Source: an uncultured Verrucomicrobiae bacterium
GTDB lineage: Bacteria > Verrucomicrobiota > Verrucomicrobiia > Palsa-1439
Assembly (NCBI GenBank): GCA_963812605.1
Contig: CAWEWF010000013.1
Location: 1 to 64,000, forward strand
Length of the DNA: 64,000 bases
Direction: 5' to 3'
The notes under the pieces are model-generated. The model saw only the letters and a program-made list of their open reading frames with translations. It did no database searches and had not been told where the DNA came from. Both the position numbers and the translations under genes were made by a program. Below are positions 32,047-41,561 of this stretch, in pieces. Within the stretch, counting starts at the first letter, position 1. Each line of letters begins with the position of its first letter.

Positions 32047-33174
32047 TTAGGTTACCTGTCCCAGATCAAGTCCAATACTTTGGCACCATTCACGGTAGGC
32101 GAAAGGCGAAATCTCGCTCGGCTTGATTTCACTGCGACCTCCCCAAAAGACGTTGGTGTAAGAGACCGGAATGCCGGCTTCCAGGAGATGTTCGTCAATG
32201 GCCGCTTTATGGGCAAGGAGCACCGTTTTGTCCGTACCGTGAGCGACACCCATGACGTTGACATGGTGAAACTCGGGGCCAGCCTCGCGCCAATAGGCGT
32301 GGGTCATGATGTGATGTCGACCCACTTCACGGCCTGCCTCGATTTCGCGACCGCTCGGCACGGCCCAGTGAAACAGGGCGTTGTAGCGGGTCACCGCCTC
32401 GCCATTCGCAACTGGCTTCACGTGTTCCAGAAACGTTGAGAAACGACCGATGATCTTTCGGCGGTTCAGGTTTTCCGCGACTTCCAAAAACGTGTCCAAC
32501 GGCACCGTTGCTTCCTTCGCGCGGGCGACCCAGATGTCGGAAACAAGCTCCTCCGGTGTGAATTCACGTTTCAGCGCGACAAGGACCCGCCACTCTGTCT
32601 CGTCGAGGGTAACGACCGATACGTCCGTAACCTCCGCGAGGACTTCGGCGCGGCTACCAGGCTTGAGTCCGCGACGCCGCACGTGACCGACCCCCAGCGC
32701 AAAGAGTTTTTTTGCGGGCAACAACAGGAACTTCTCGGCGCCCGTCTGCTGACACAAAAACTCGCAGTGTTTCGTCATCGAAAACCCTTGCGGCACTTTT
32801 ACCGTGGTCCAAAGCCGGTATTTCGATCCGGCGGTGATTGTGTCGGTCGTGCGGATGACGACGTGCCCGCTAAACGGGTCTTGCTGAAACATGTAATCGA
32901 AGGCCGTTTCCAGTTTTTCGGCGGGCACCTGCCAGGCCACGAGCGCACCCTGGGCGAGATTCGTTGCCAGCAACGTTTGCCGCACCCGCCGGATCGTGCC
33001 CGCGCGCAACATCGCCTGGATGCGTTCGATGACCACGGGCAATTCGAGGCCCGATTGTCGCGCGATTTCCCCGAGCGGATCACGCTGGAAGCCTTGCAGA
33101 CGATCCTCGGAAACCGCGAGGATCTTCGCATTGATCGGATCGTTGGTGCTGACGGAAATGGAAGCGGCAACCAT
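32047..33174 (-). CDS. Lrp/AsnC-fold protein, siroheme decarboxylase (AhbA/AhbB, NirD/L)-like two-domain fusion
   Basis: Two HTH+RAM-like halves, GTIRRVR and THAYWR. Confidence 0.6.
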   Translation of the reverse strand: MVAASISVSTNDPINAKILAVSEDRLQGFQRDPLGEIARQSGLELPVVIERIQAMLRAGTIRRVRQTLLATNLAQGALVAWQVPAEKLETAFDYMFQQDPFSGHVVIRTTDTITAGSKYRLWTTVKVPQGFSMTKHCEFLCQQTGAEKFLLLPAKKLFALGVGHVRRRGLKPGSRAEVLAEVTDVSVVTLDETEWRVLVALKREFTPEELVSDIWVARAKEATVPLDTFLEVAENLNRRKIIGRFSTFLEHVKPVANGEAVTRYNALFHWAVPSGREIEAGREVGRHHIMTHAYWREAGPEFHHVNVMGVAHGTDKTVLLAHKAAIDEHLLEAGIPVSYTNVFWGGRSEIKPSEISPFAYREWCQSIGLDLGQVT

Positions 33175-33189
33175 GCGCGTCATTTTACT

Positions 33190-33768
33190 CTAACTGGCGA
33201 GCCCTGCCAGCGCTTTCTCGACGAGCGCGCGCTGATCAGCGTTCATCGGAAGAGTCAGCGCGATCTCACGCGCCTGAGGCGTCATTTTTTGCCACGTCTT
33301 TCGCAGAATGCCAATCATCTTCTCGTCGCCGGTTTTGGCCGTGGTCTCGACGAACTGTGTTTCCAAGAACAACAGGCAGAGCGCGTCTTCGAGCACGCGA
33401 CCTTCCGGGTTGCGGGGGAAATTACGTTTGCGAATCAGGTCCTGGACGCGCCCCGCTGCTGTTTCCTCGTAGCCGAGTTCCCGCAGGATCTCCCCGGCTT
33501 TCCGGGCGTGGAATTGTTTCAAATCTTCGCGCCACTTCAGATAGCCGATGCGCCCCGCTGGATACGATTCGCGCGGAATCATCCAGCGGCAAATGTGTTG
33601 CGCGCGCGCCGCCAGGCGGAGTTCTTCGGAAGCGTTGGGCGCGAGGCGTTCGACCCAGGCGCTGAGGCGCTGGGCGTAAGGTAGCTCTACGCCGCGCGGA
33701 TCCTGGGCGTTGGCAGCGTCAAACTGTTTCAGGGCGTCCTGAAATCTGGACGATGTAGGAGTAGCCAC
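33190..33768 (-). CDS. DUF4202 family protein
   Basis: FDAANAQDP, AARAQHICRW, LEDALCLLFL, KTWQKM. Confidence 0.8.
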   Translation of the reverse strand: MATPTSSRFQDALKQFDAANAQDPRGVELPYAQRLSAWVERLAPNASEELRLAARAQHICRWMIPRESYPAGRIGYLKWREDLKQFHARKAGEILRELGYEETAAGRVQDLIRKRNFPRNPEGRVLEDALCLLFLETQFVETTAKTGDEKMIGILRKTWQKMTPQAREIALTLPMNADQRALVEKALAGLAS

Positions 33769-33816
33769 AACGCGAGCATACGAGAAATCCCTGTAGACGG
33801 CAACCCGTGGAGAGTG

Positions 33817-35439
33817 TCAACCCCAACGCAGTGGACGTTTCTGGATGTGGCGTTTCAAGATCCAATACGCCGTGACCACGACGGCAATCTCGACGGTCAA
33901 CAGGACCGACAAGAGGTTCATCTCGGATGCGACATAGGAAATGCCAGCCACGATCCCCATCGTAAGCATCGTGCCGATCATCAAAGTCGTGTTTTTCGCG
34001 CTTTGGGTGCCGACCTGTGGTGACCGGGACAGCGGCAGGTAGGTGTCCACGCAAGCGGGTAGGAGCGACACGATGGGTATGGCTACGAGACCGGGCAATG
34101 CCAGAAGCAGGGCGGACCGGCTGTGGATCACGAATACAAGCAGCGCGGACGCGAGGCAAAGGGCGGGTATCATGAGATAGAAGATGGTCGCTTTCCGCAC
34201 ACCGAGGAAAATAGACGCGCCGCTCTCCAGCGGTGCGGTGGCAAAAATGTCGGCAGCCGCGGCTTGCGAGGAAGTACGCAGCGTTTCCATCGCGATGATG
34301 GGAAGTTGGCCGAGCATCCAGACCGTCAACAGCGGGATGAACGGGGAAGCCCCGGTTCGCCGATCCAGCAAGCCCATCAGCGGGAAGACCAAAAAAGAAC
34401 CCAGTGAGGGGTACAGGCGCAACTTGATTTCACGGTCGCGGTGCATATAGGCGGCCGCCAACCGGAACGAGGCCCGCTCGATGGGATCGGGCATCCACCA
34501 GCGGAAAAAAGGATTACGGCGGCGGTTCGTTTGTTGGGGCGCGCGTCTCGATTTGGCGGCGCGCTGCCGGGTCTCGCCGAGTTTGGCGAGCGCTTCCCCG
34601 TAACTCGGGGCCAACTTGCCGATGGCGGAATACGTTAACACGCCGGTGGCCGCGAAACCGATGAGCACGAGTCCCCAGACAGAATGTTGGGCTGATTGTC
34701 TGCTGCCGATCGCGTCCATGGCGGCGAACCATGCGGGTGGCAATGGCAGCAGAAACGGCGAATTCTCCAGGTTCAACCCGTCGAAGCGTTGCATGAGCCG
34801 TGGCATCAATTGGTATCCGCCCACGAACAAAAATGACATGGCAACCTGGGTCCACGCGGCAAAGTTGTCGAATTTCTCCCGATTGAGGAAGCGGACGATC
34901 AATCCGTAGGTGCAAACGACGGCGGCGCAGCAAAACACGCTGAGCAGGGCGATGGAGGCGATGTGTGTCAAGGGAAACCACCACTGCGCTCCGTGCGCTG
35001 CCAATCCGAAAAACACGGGGAAGAAATTCAAGGAACCGGCGAGGAATAAGGCCAACCCGACCAGATTCAGTCCTTTCGCCAAGAGGAGCGTTCGCGAGTG
35101 GATCGGTCGATGAAGCAACACGTCAGACTCGTTCGCGCTGAAAAGAATGTCCCCCGACTCGGAGGTGATCGCCATACCCACGACGAGAAATGTCATGCTG
35201 TGCAGGATCATGGCGTAGGTGAACACATTCATGTGCGCGAAGACCGACAAGCTGGTCGTCAGCCCGACGAGCATGTACATCGCCGCAATGAACAACAGCC
35301 CGCGCGGTTTGCCGCTCTGCCGGCGGCGCATCGACCCGGCCAACTTGCCGCGCGTGCTGAGGCGCCAGTAACATCGCAACAACGCGCGGAGTTGCGGACC
35401 ATCGATCACACGAGACCCCGGTGTGCCCGTGGCGGTCAT
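33817..35439 (-). CDS. ABC-2-type exporter permease
   Basis: Multi-TM protein overlapping the upstream ABC ATPase. Confidence 0.72.
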   Translation of the reverse strand: MTATGTPGSRVIDGPQLRALLRCYWRLSTRGKLAGSMRRRQSGKPRGLLFIAAMYMLVGLTTSLSVFAHMNVFTYAMILHSMTFLVVGMAITSESGDILFSANESDVLLHRPIHSRTLLLAKGLNLVGLALFLAGSLNFFPVFFGLAAHGAQWWFPLTHIASIALLSVFCCAAVVCTYGLIVRFLNREKFDNFAAWTQVAMSFLFVGGYQLMPRLMQRFDGLNLENSPFLLPLPPAWFAAMDAIGSRQSAQHSVWGLVLIGFAATGVLTYSAIGKLAPSYGEALAKLGETRQRAAKSRRAPQQTNRRRNPFFRWWMPDPIERASFRLAAAYMHRDREIKLRLYPSLGSFLVFPLMGLLDRRTGASPFIPLLTVWMLGQLPIIAMETLRTSSQAAAADIFATAPLESGASIFLGVRKATIFYLMIPALCLASALLVFVIHSRSALLLALPGLVAIPIVSLLPACVDTYLPLSRSPQVGTQSAKNTTLMIGTMLTMGIVAGISYVASEMNLLSVLLTVEIAVVVTAYWILKRHIQKRPLRWG

Positions 35440-36206
35440 TGGGTGAGCCCGCGGGCAAATTCCTCGGCGCGTGCCAGCAGGTTGCGCGTGCCGGTCAGTT
35501 GATTGAAGATGTGTTCGAGGGACTGCTCCCCGCAACGCTGCTGCAACTCGGCCAGCGTTCCGTCCGCCAGAATCCGTCCCTGATGCAGGATCACAATGCG
35601 CTGGCAAATCCGTTCCACGACGTCGAGGATGTGCGAACAAAACACCACCGTTTTGCCCTCGCGCGCCAGCGAGGTGATCAAGGTCTTCACGCTGAGAGCG
35701 ACGTTGGCATCAAGACCATTGAGCGGTTCGTCGAAGAAGATGACCTGCGGATTGTGCAGGAGGGCGGAGGTAATCACCACTTTCTGCCGCATTCCTTTCG
35801 AATAGGCGGACAGTTGTTTGTCGTGCAGCGTTCCCTCGTCCAATTCGAAGAACTGGCCGAAGCGCCGGATGCGGGCGTGCGCTTCGTCGTCGGGAATGTG
35901 ATAGAGCGCCGCCACGAGTTCGAGGTATTCCCAGCCCGTCAGCGATTCGAACACCGCGCCGCTTTCCGGCACGTAGCCGACGACCCGTTTCACCTCCAGC
36001 GGCTGGCGCACCACGTCGAAGCCGAATACTTCCGCCGTCCCGGAACTGGGCAGCAGCATTCCCGTCAGCATCTTGATCGTCGTGGATTTCCCAGCGCCGT
36101 TGGGTCCCAGCAGGCCGACCAATTGGCCTGCGGGAATTTCCAGGTCAATCGCCCGGACGGCTTCCTGTTCTCCAAATCGCTTCGACAATTGGCGGATACT
36201 GATCAC
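35436..36206 (-). CDS. ABC transporter ATP-binding protein
   Basis: GPNGAGKS, YSKGMRQK, FFDEP. Confidence 0.92.
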   Translation of the reverse strand: MISIRQLSKRFGEQEAVRAIDLEIPAGQLVGLLGPNGAGKSTTIKMLTGMLLPSSGTAEVFGFDVVRQPLEVKRVVGYVPESGAVFESLTGWEYLELVAALYHIPDDEAHARIRRFGQFFELDEGTLHDKQLSAYSKGMRQKVVITSALLHNPQVIFFDEPLNGLDANVALSVKTLITSLAREGKTVVFCSHILDVVERICQRIVILHQGRILADGTLAELQQRCGEQSLEHIFNQLTGTRNLLARAEEFARGLTQ

Positions 36207-36357
36207 GTCGTCGCTCCCGTTCCCTTTCGGGCAAGGATACCAACAGTGATTCGAGAAGCCCAGTTGATACTTTGGCAACAGGCCGATGCCCGTTGCGCAG
36301 GTGACGAAAATCCGCTAGTCTATTGGCCAATGAACAATGGGGAGGATGGCAACACGC

Positions 36358-36672
36358 ATGAGTGATTTGATCAAGGTGGCCGAAGTCGGTGATCTGCAAC
36401 CGGGCGAGTGCAAGACCGTGGCGGTTGGCGAGCGCGAGCTGGCTCTTTACAATGTGGACGGGAAATTCTGCGCGACCGACAATGTCTGCCCGCACCGCGG
36501 CGGACCGTTGGGCGAGGGGACGCTGGACGGTTCGGTGGTGACCTGTCCATGGCACGGGTGGCGGTTTGACGTGTGCACCGGGCAATCGCCGGTCATTCCG
36601 ACCGCGAAAGTTGAGAAGTTCGATTGCGTGGTCGAAGGCAACGATGTGAAGGTGAAGCTCGATGGCAATTAA
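36358..36672 (+). CDS. Rieske [2Fe-2S] ferredoxin
   Basis: CPHRGGPL and CPWHGWRFD. Confidence 0.93.
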   Translation: MSDLIKVAEVGDLQPGECKTVAVGERELALYNVDGKFCATDNVCPHRGGPLGEGTLDGSVVTCPWHGWRFDVCTGQSPVIPTAKVEKFDCVVEGNDVKVKLDGN

Positions 36673-36943
36673 ATCGGCTTACGAACTGGCACTGGAACGC
36701 ATGGGCGGGGAACCGGGCAAGAAACTCACGCCACAGCAGAAGGCGAAACTCGCGGAACTCGATCGGGTCTACGCCGCGAAAATCGCCGAGGAAGAGCTGT
36801 CGCTGAACCCGAAGATCTCTGCCGCGCGCGCGGCAGGCGACCTGGAGGGAGCGCAGAAACTCGAAGAGACCTTGCGGGCGCAGGTCCAGAAGTTACGCGG
36901 CAAACTTGATGCCGAAAAAGAAGCGGCACGGCAAGGGAAGTGA
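36662..36943 (+). CDS. Conserved hypothetical coiled-coil protein
   Basis: KSAYELALER N-terminus; overlaps both neighbours. Confidence 0.7.
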   Translation: MAIKSAYELALERMGGEPGKKLTPQQKAKLAELDRVYAAKIAEEELSLNPKISAARAAGDLEGAQKLEETLRAQVQKLRGKLDAEKEAARQGK

Positions 36944-37631
36944 AACGCGCTGTTTGTGCCCTCGTCAGCGGCGGCCTCGACAGTTGCGTGATGCTCGCCG
37001 AGTTGGCTCGCCGGTACCGGAAGAGTTTATCCTGTCTTCATTCGCTACGGACTCGTGTGGGAGACGGCGGAGTTGCGTCACCTGAAGAAATTTCTCCGCC
37101 ACGCCAGAATCCCGCGCGTCCAATCGTTGACGGTTCTTGATTTGCCCGGTCCGTGACCTCTACGGCGCTCATTGGAGCACCACGGGTCGCAACGTGCCGC
37201 GCGCCAAAACGCCCGACGAAGCCGTGTACCTGCCCGGGCGCAATTTGTTGCTCCTGTCCAAAGCCGCTGTCTTCTGTGCCCTCCACAAGATCGATACGAT
37301 GGCCGTCGGCTCTCTCGACCACAATCCCTTTCCCGATGCCACGCCAAAGTTTTTCCGCGAATTCGCGACCGTGGCGGGTGGCGCGCTGGGTTTTCGCATC
37401 AAGGTCATCGCCCCGTTCCGAACGCTCTCCAAGGGGAAAGTGCTTCGTCGCGGTAGGTCGCTCCCGCTGCATCTGAGTTTTTCCTGTATCGCCCCGCGTC
37501 ATGGAATGCATTGCGGTCGCTGCAACAAGTGCGCGGAACGGCAACACGCATTTCGCGAAGCTGGTGTGGAGGATTTGACGCGGTATGTAACAGCTTTCAA
37601 AAGGAGATTGGAAGGACAAAATAGAAAATGA
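36940..37631 (+). CDS. queC: 7-cyano-7-deazaguanine synthase; indels near 37020 and 37140
   Basis: SGGLDS, YLPGRN, FPDAT, SC...HCGRCNKCAER. Confidence 0.82.
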
Positions 37632-37990
37632 AAATTGAACTCGGCAAGTTAATCTTGAATTCTACAGGCAGGAGGGGCCGGGCGGCGACATCCGGGAGTG
37701 GAGCTCGGTTATATATCGTTAAACGATAATTTTGCTGGACACGGGGTGGCGGAAAATGTAGAAGCAGAAGGATGAGAGATGAAGATGGAATTCGGAATCC
37801 AGAAATCAGGAGCCAGAAGGGGCCTGAGCCCATTTTGGCAGGGTTGCCGTGGCCGAGGAAGAGCACAAAAAATACACAAATTACGAAACGAACCCCCCTG
37901 TTAACATGCTGCTTTACAAGGGTTTATCGCAGCGGGTGTCAAAAACCGGCCGGGGTTAATGCGGTGCCGGAGTTGATGATGGCAATCAAC

Positions 37991-38014
37991 GGACGCGTGG
38001 CGGCGCGTCCCTAC
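37991..38014 (-). repeat. GTAG-type REP-like palindrome
   Basis: GTAG-GGACGCG-N6-CGCGTCC on the minus strand. Confidence 0.55.
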
Positions 38015-38227
38015 CGCGGGATCAGGATGCGGCGCGTGATGGACGACATCCGCCCCTGCGTGCGTTGCCCTTCGGGTTGCGACCCAGGCACTACATGGTC
38101 GGTTTGCCGTACACGACAACGGCGTGTCGTCGGACTCCGCTCCGTCGGACTCGGCTTCGAAACGACGGAGTTCGTTTGCCGATTTCAGGTTTCCGTTGTT
38201 TACGTACTCGTGCTATCAATCTACGGC

Positions 38228-39676
38228 ATGGCCTACGATTCTTTGCGCGACTTCGTCCAGAAGTTGGCTGCGGCGGGGGAACTGAAGCGAATTCCTGTCG
38301 AGGTCGATCCCGTTCTCGAAATCACCGAGATCGCCGACCGCGAGATGAAGTTGCCCGGGGGCGGGAAGGCGTTGCTTTTCGAGAAATGCAAAGGCGCGCA
38401 GTTTCCGCTGCTGATCAATGCGTATGGTTCGACGAAACGCATGGCATTGGCACTGGGAGTCGAAAATGTCGACGACATTGCGCGTGAACTGGGGGGATTG
38501 CTCAAGGCGAAACCGCCAACTTCGTTTACGGAGGCCATCGCGCTCCTCGGCACGGCCTTCGAATTGCGGCACGCGAAGCCGAAAACCGTGAAGTCGGGGC
38601 CGTGCCAGGAAACTGTTGAGTCAGGACCCGATCTCGCCGCGTTGCCGATCCAGAAGTGCTGGCCGCAGGATGCGGGGCGATTCATCTGCCTGCCGCTGGT
38701 CATCACGCGCGATCCCGATACGGGTGCGCGCAATGTGGGTTGTTACCGGATGCAGGTGATCGATGGGCGCACGACCTTTATGCACTGGCAACTGCACAAA
38801 ACCGGTGCGCGCCATTGGCGGCGCTACCGGGAATTGAAGAAGCGCATGCCGGTGACGGTAGCGCTCGGCGGCGATCCCGTGTACGCCTTCGCAGCGACGG
38901 CGCCGCTGCCGGATGGCATCGACGAGATGATGTTGGCGGGATATCTGCGCAAGAAATCGGTGGAGATGGTGAAGTGCGGGACGAACGACCTGGAAGCGCC
39001 GGCGGACTGCGATTTTGTGCTGGAAGGTTACGTGGACCCGGAAGAGAACCTCGATCTCGAAGGCCCATTCGGCGATCACACGGGCTATTATACATTGCCC
39101 GAATTGTACCCGAAATTTCACATCGAACGCATCACCCATCGGCGCGACGCGGTTTATCCGAGCACGATCGTGGGTGTGCCGCCGATGGAAGATTTCTACA
39201 TGGGCACGGCGAGCGTGCGGATTTTTCTGCCAGTATTTCAAATGAACTTCAATGAGATCGTGGACATGGCGCTGCCCGCCGAAGGCGTGTTCCACAATCT
39301 CGTCGTGGTCTCGATCAAAAAACAATTCCCCTATCACGCGATGAAGGTGATGCACGGGCTCTGGGGCATGGGGCAAATGATGTTCACCAAGATCATCGTG
39401 GTCGTGGACGAAGACGTGGACGTCCATAACATGAGCGAAGTGCTCTTCCGCCTCACCGCCAATATCGATCCCGACCGCGACGTTATCTTCACCAAAGGTC
39501 CCGCCGATGTGCTCGACCACGCCACGCCGGTCATGGGATTTGGCAGCAAGATCGGCATTGATGCCACGCACAAGATCAAAGGCGAAGGCAACACGCGCCC
39601 CTGGCCGCCCATCATCAAGATGGACGAGGCTGTCCAGAAGCGCGTGGACGAGTTACTGGGCCATGCCACCCAGTGA
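38228..39676 (+). CDS. UbiD-family prenyl-FMN decarboxylase (menaquinone/futalosine-pathway type)
   Basis: EVDPVLEITEI, RNVGCYRMQ, EGPFGDHTGYY, VVVDEDVD, KIGIDAT. Confidence 0.9.
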   Translation: MAYDSLRDFVQKLAAAGELKRIPVEVDPVLEITEIADREMKLPGGGKALLFEKCKGAQFPLLINAYGSTKRMALALGVENVDDIARELGGLLKAKPPTSFTEAIALLGTAFELRHAKPKTVKSGPCQETVESGPDLAALPIQKCWPQDAGRFICLPLVITRDPDTGARNVGCYRMQVIDGRTTFMHWQLHKTGARHWRRYRELKKRMPVTVALGGDPVYAFAATAPLPDGIDEMMLAGYLRKKSVEMVKCGTNDLEAPADCDFVLEGYVDPEENLDLEGPFGDHTGYYTLPELYPKFHIERITHRRDAVYPSTIVGVPPMEDFYMGTASVRIFLPVFQMNFNEIVDMALPAEGVFHNLVVVSIKKQFPYHAMKVMHGLWGMGQMMFTKIIVVVDEDVDVHNMSEVLFRLTANIDPDRDVIFTKGPADVLDHATPVMGFGSKIGIDATHKIKGEGNTRPWPPIIKMDEAVQKRVDELLGHATQ

Positions 39677-39959
39677 CTTCATCTGTCCGGCTTGCGGCGC
39701 CGAAGTTCCTGGTGGCGCCATGGCCTGCCCCGAATGCGGTGCGGACGAGAAGACGGGCTGGTCCCCAGATACGATCTATGATGGGACTGACATCGAAGAT
39801 CCGGATGAATTCGACCACGATAATTGGAAGCGGCGCGAGATCGATGGTCGCGGGCCCCGTCGGACGAAGCGGCAATGGTTCTGGTGGGCAATCGGCTTGG
39901 TGATTTTGGCGGCGCTGTTGTGGTTGTTCGCGGTGCGACTATGGTGCGCGATCCCATAG
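39663..39959 (+). CDS. Small zinc-ribbon protein with a C-terminal TM helix
   Basis: CPACG...ACPECGADEKTGW and a hydrophobic C-terminus. Confidence 0.7.
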   Translation: MPPSDFICPACGAEVPGGAMACPECGADEKTGWSPDTIYDGTDIEDPDEFDHDNWKRREIDGRGPRRTKRQWFWWAIGLVILAALLWLFAVRLWCAIP

Positions 39960-39987
39960 GCCATTACGCAGGGAGTTTCACCGAATC

Positions 39988-41472
39988 TTGAACATCGACG
40001 GCAAACGATCTGGCGTCTTGCTCATCCTCGTGCTGGCGGCTGCATTGGGGCTTCGCTTGTTTCATCTTGGGGAACGCGTGGTGTGGTTCGACGAGGCGAA
40101 CTCGTTGCTGGTTGCCAGGGCATCGCCAGCGGAGATCATCGATGCGGCGCGCGACGATGTGCACAGCGCGCTGTATTATCTGATTTTGCACGTCTGGCAA
40201 TCTGCTTTCACGGGCGAAATCGGAGCCCGAATGTTGTCTGTACTGGCGGCCGTGGCGACTGTGACAGCGGTGTACTTCATGGGTAGGCGGCTGGCCGGGC
40301 GAAATGCGGGGCTGCTGAGCGCGGGACTCTTGAGCCTGTCGCCCTTGCATATTTGGTATTCGCAGGAGATCCGGATGTACAGCCTGCAGACCCTGTTGAT
40401 TTGTCTCTCGTTTCTCTTCCTCCTCAAGGCGCTGCGGGAGGGAGGTGGGATTTCATGGGTAATCTACGTTCTCTGTACTGCCCTGACCCTCTACGTGCAA
40501 TACACGTCGATCTTTGCGGTTCTGGCGCAAAACGTGTTTGCCACCATCTACTATCGAAAAGATCGAAGAAAATTCCGGTGCTGGTTGCTGTCGCAATGCG
40601 CGGTGGCGCTTCTTTTTACGCCTTGCCTTCCGCTGTTATTTTGGCAAACGACCCGGGTTGCGGGGCGTTCATGGATTCAACCGCTGGAATTGCGCCAGAT
40701 TTTTGGTTTTGTTTCACTTTTCAGCGGAGCCTATCTGGGAGATGCACGATCACGGGTATTGTCTGTTCTCGTGACGACGGCCGTGTTGGCGACAGCCATA
40801 GCCATTCTTTGCCGTAAGCGTGAGAATCGCGAAACAGTTTGTCTTCTGACACTCTGGTTCGGTTTGCCAATCACCCTGTTGTTGGTGCTGTCGCTGCGAC
40901 AGAATCTTTTTCTGCCGCGCACGTTGGTTTACACGACGCCAGCTCTCGCTCTGTTAATGGGGTGCGCTTTGGCGCGGGCCGAAAACGTGATTGAACGCCC
41001 GGTGGTTGCGCTGCTGGCCGTGGCGCTGGTCTCGGCAAATATTTTCGCGTTGGGCAACTACTATTTCTCGGATAATCCCTGGGTAAAATCCGATCTTCGC
41101 AAAGGTGCGCTCGAAATTGCGGTGCGCTTGCGTCCGGGTGACGTTATCATCCATTCCTCGCAATTTAGCTATCGGCCGTTCCAATACTACTTGGGTGACC
41201 GGATTGCGCAGGGCGTGGCCCGGAAGCTTGAAGACTTGCCGCATTTCTATCGCGTGATTGGCGACGGGCAACCGCCAGGGGATGGCACGAATTACAAACG
41301 TATTTGGCTCGTTCTTTATACGGATTTCAGAAACCCGGACGCGTGGGAAAAGGTCATCGAGTGGATGGACAACCATCACCACCACGCTGTGCAGTTCATC
41401 CACAGCTCTCCGGGGTTGCTTATCGGCCTGTATGAACGGACGGGAGCCGAATTGATGCCCCGATTTGAGTGA
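39988..41472 (+). CDS. GT-C (GT39/PMT-like) membrane glycosyltransferase
   Basis: [13 protein letters not shown] and YSQEIRMYS with many TM helices. Confidence 0.82.
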   Translation: MNIDGKRSGVLLILVLAAALGLRLFHLGERVVWFDEANSLLVARASPAEIIDAARDDVHSALYYLILHVWQSAFTGEIGARMLSVLAAVATVTAVYFMGRRLAGRNAGLLSAGLLSLSPLHIWYSQEIRMYSLQTLLICLSFLFLLKALREGGGISWVIYVLCTALTLYVQYTSIFAVLAQNVFATIYYRKDRRKFRCWLLSQCAVALLFTPCLPLLFWQTTRVAGRSWIQPLELRQIFGFVSLFSGAYLGDARSRVLSVLVTTAVLATAIAILCRKRENRETVCLLTLWFGLPITLLLVLSLRQNLFLPRTLVYTTPALALLMGCALARAENVIERPVVALLAVALVSANIFALGNYYFSDNPWVKSDLRKGALEIAVRLRPGDVIIHSSQFSYRPFQYYLGDRIAQGVARKLEDLPHFYRVIGDGQPPGDGTNYKRIWLVLYTDFRNPDAWEKVIEWMDNHHHHAVQFIHSSPGLLIGLYERTGAELMPRFE

Positions 41473-41561
41473 GGCCTTCGCCGTGTCGCAATTCTCGCGC
41501 AGAAGTCTTGATTGCGACCAACGACCCACTTAGAGTGAGAGCAGCGGAGCGGAGAGTTTTG

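Noticed and set aside
36940-37631. QueC as part of an anti-phage system (Qat, CBASS IV, Dpd)
   Set aside because: Canonical short QueC with its zinc motif; no TatD, ATPase, cyclase or TGT neighbours.
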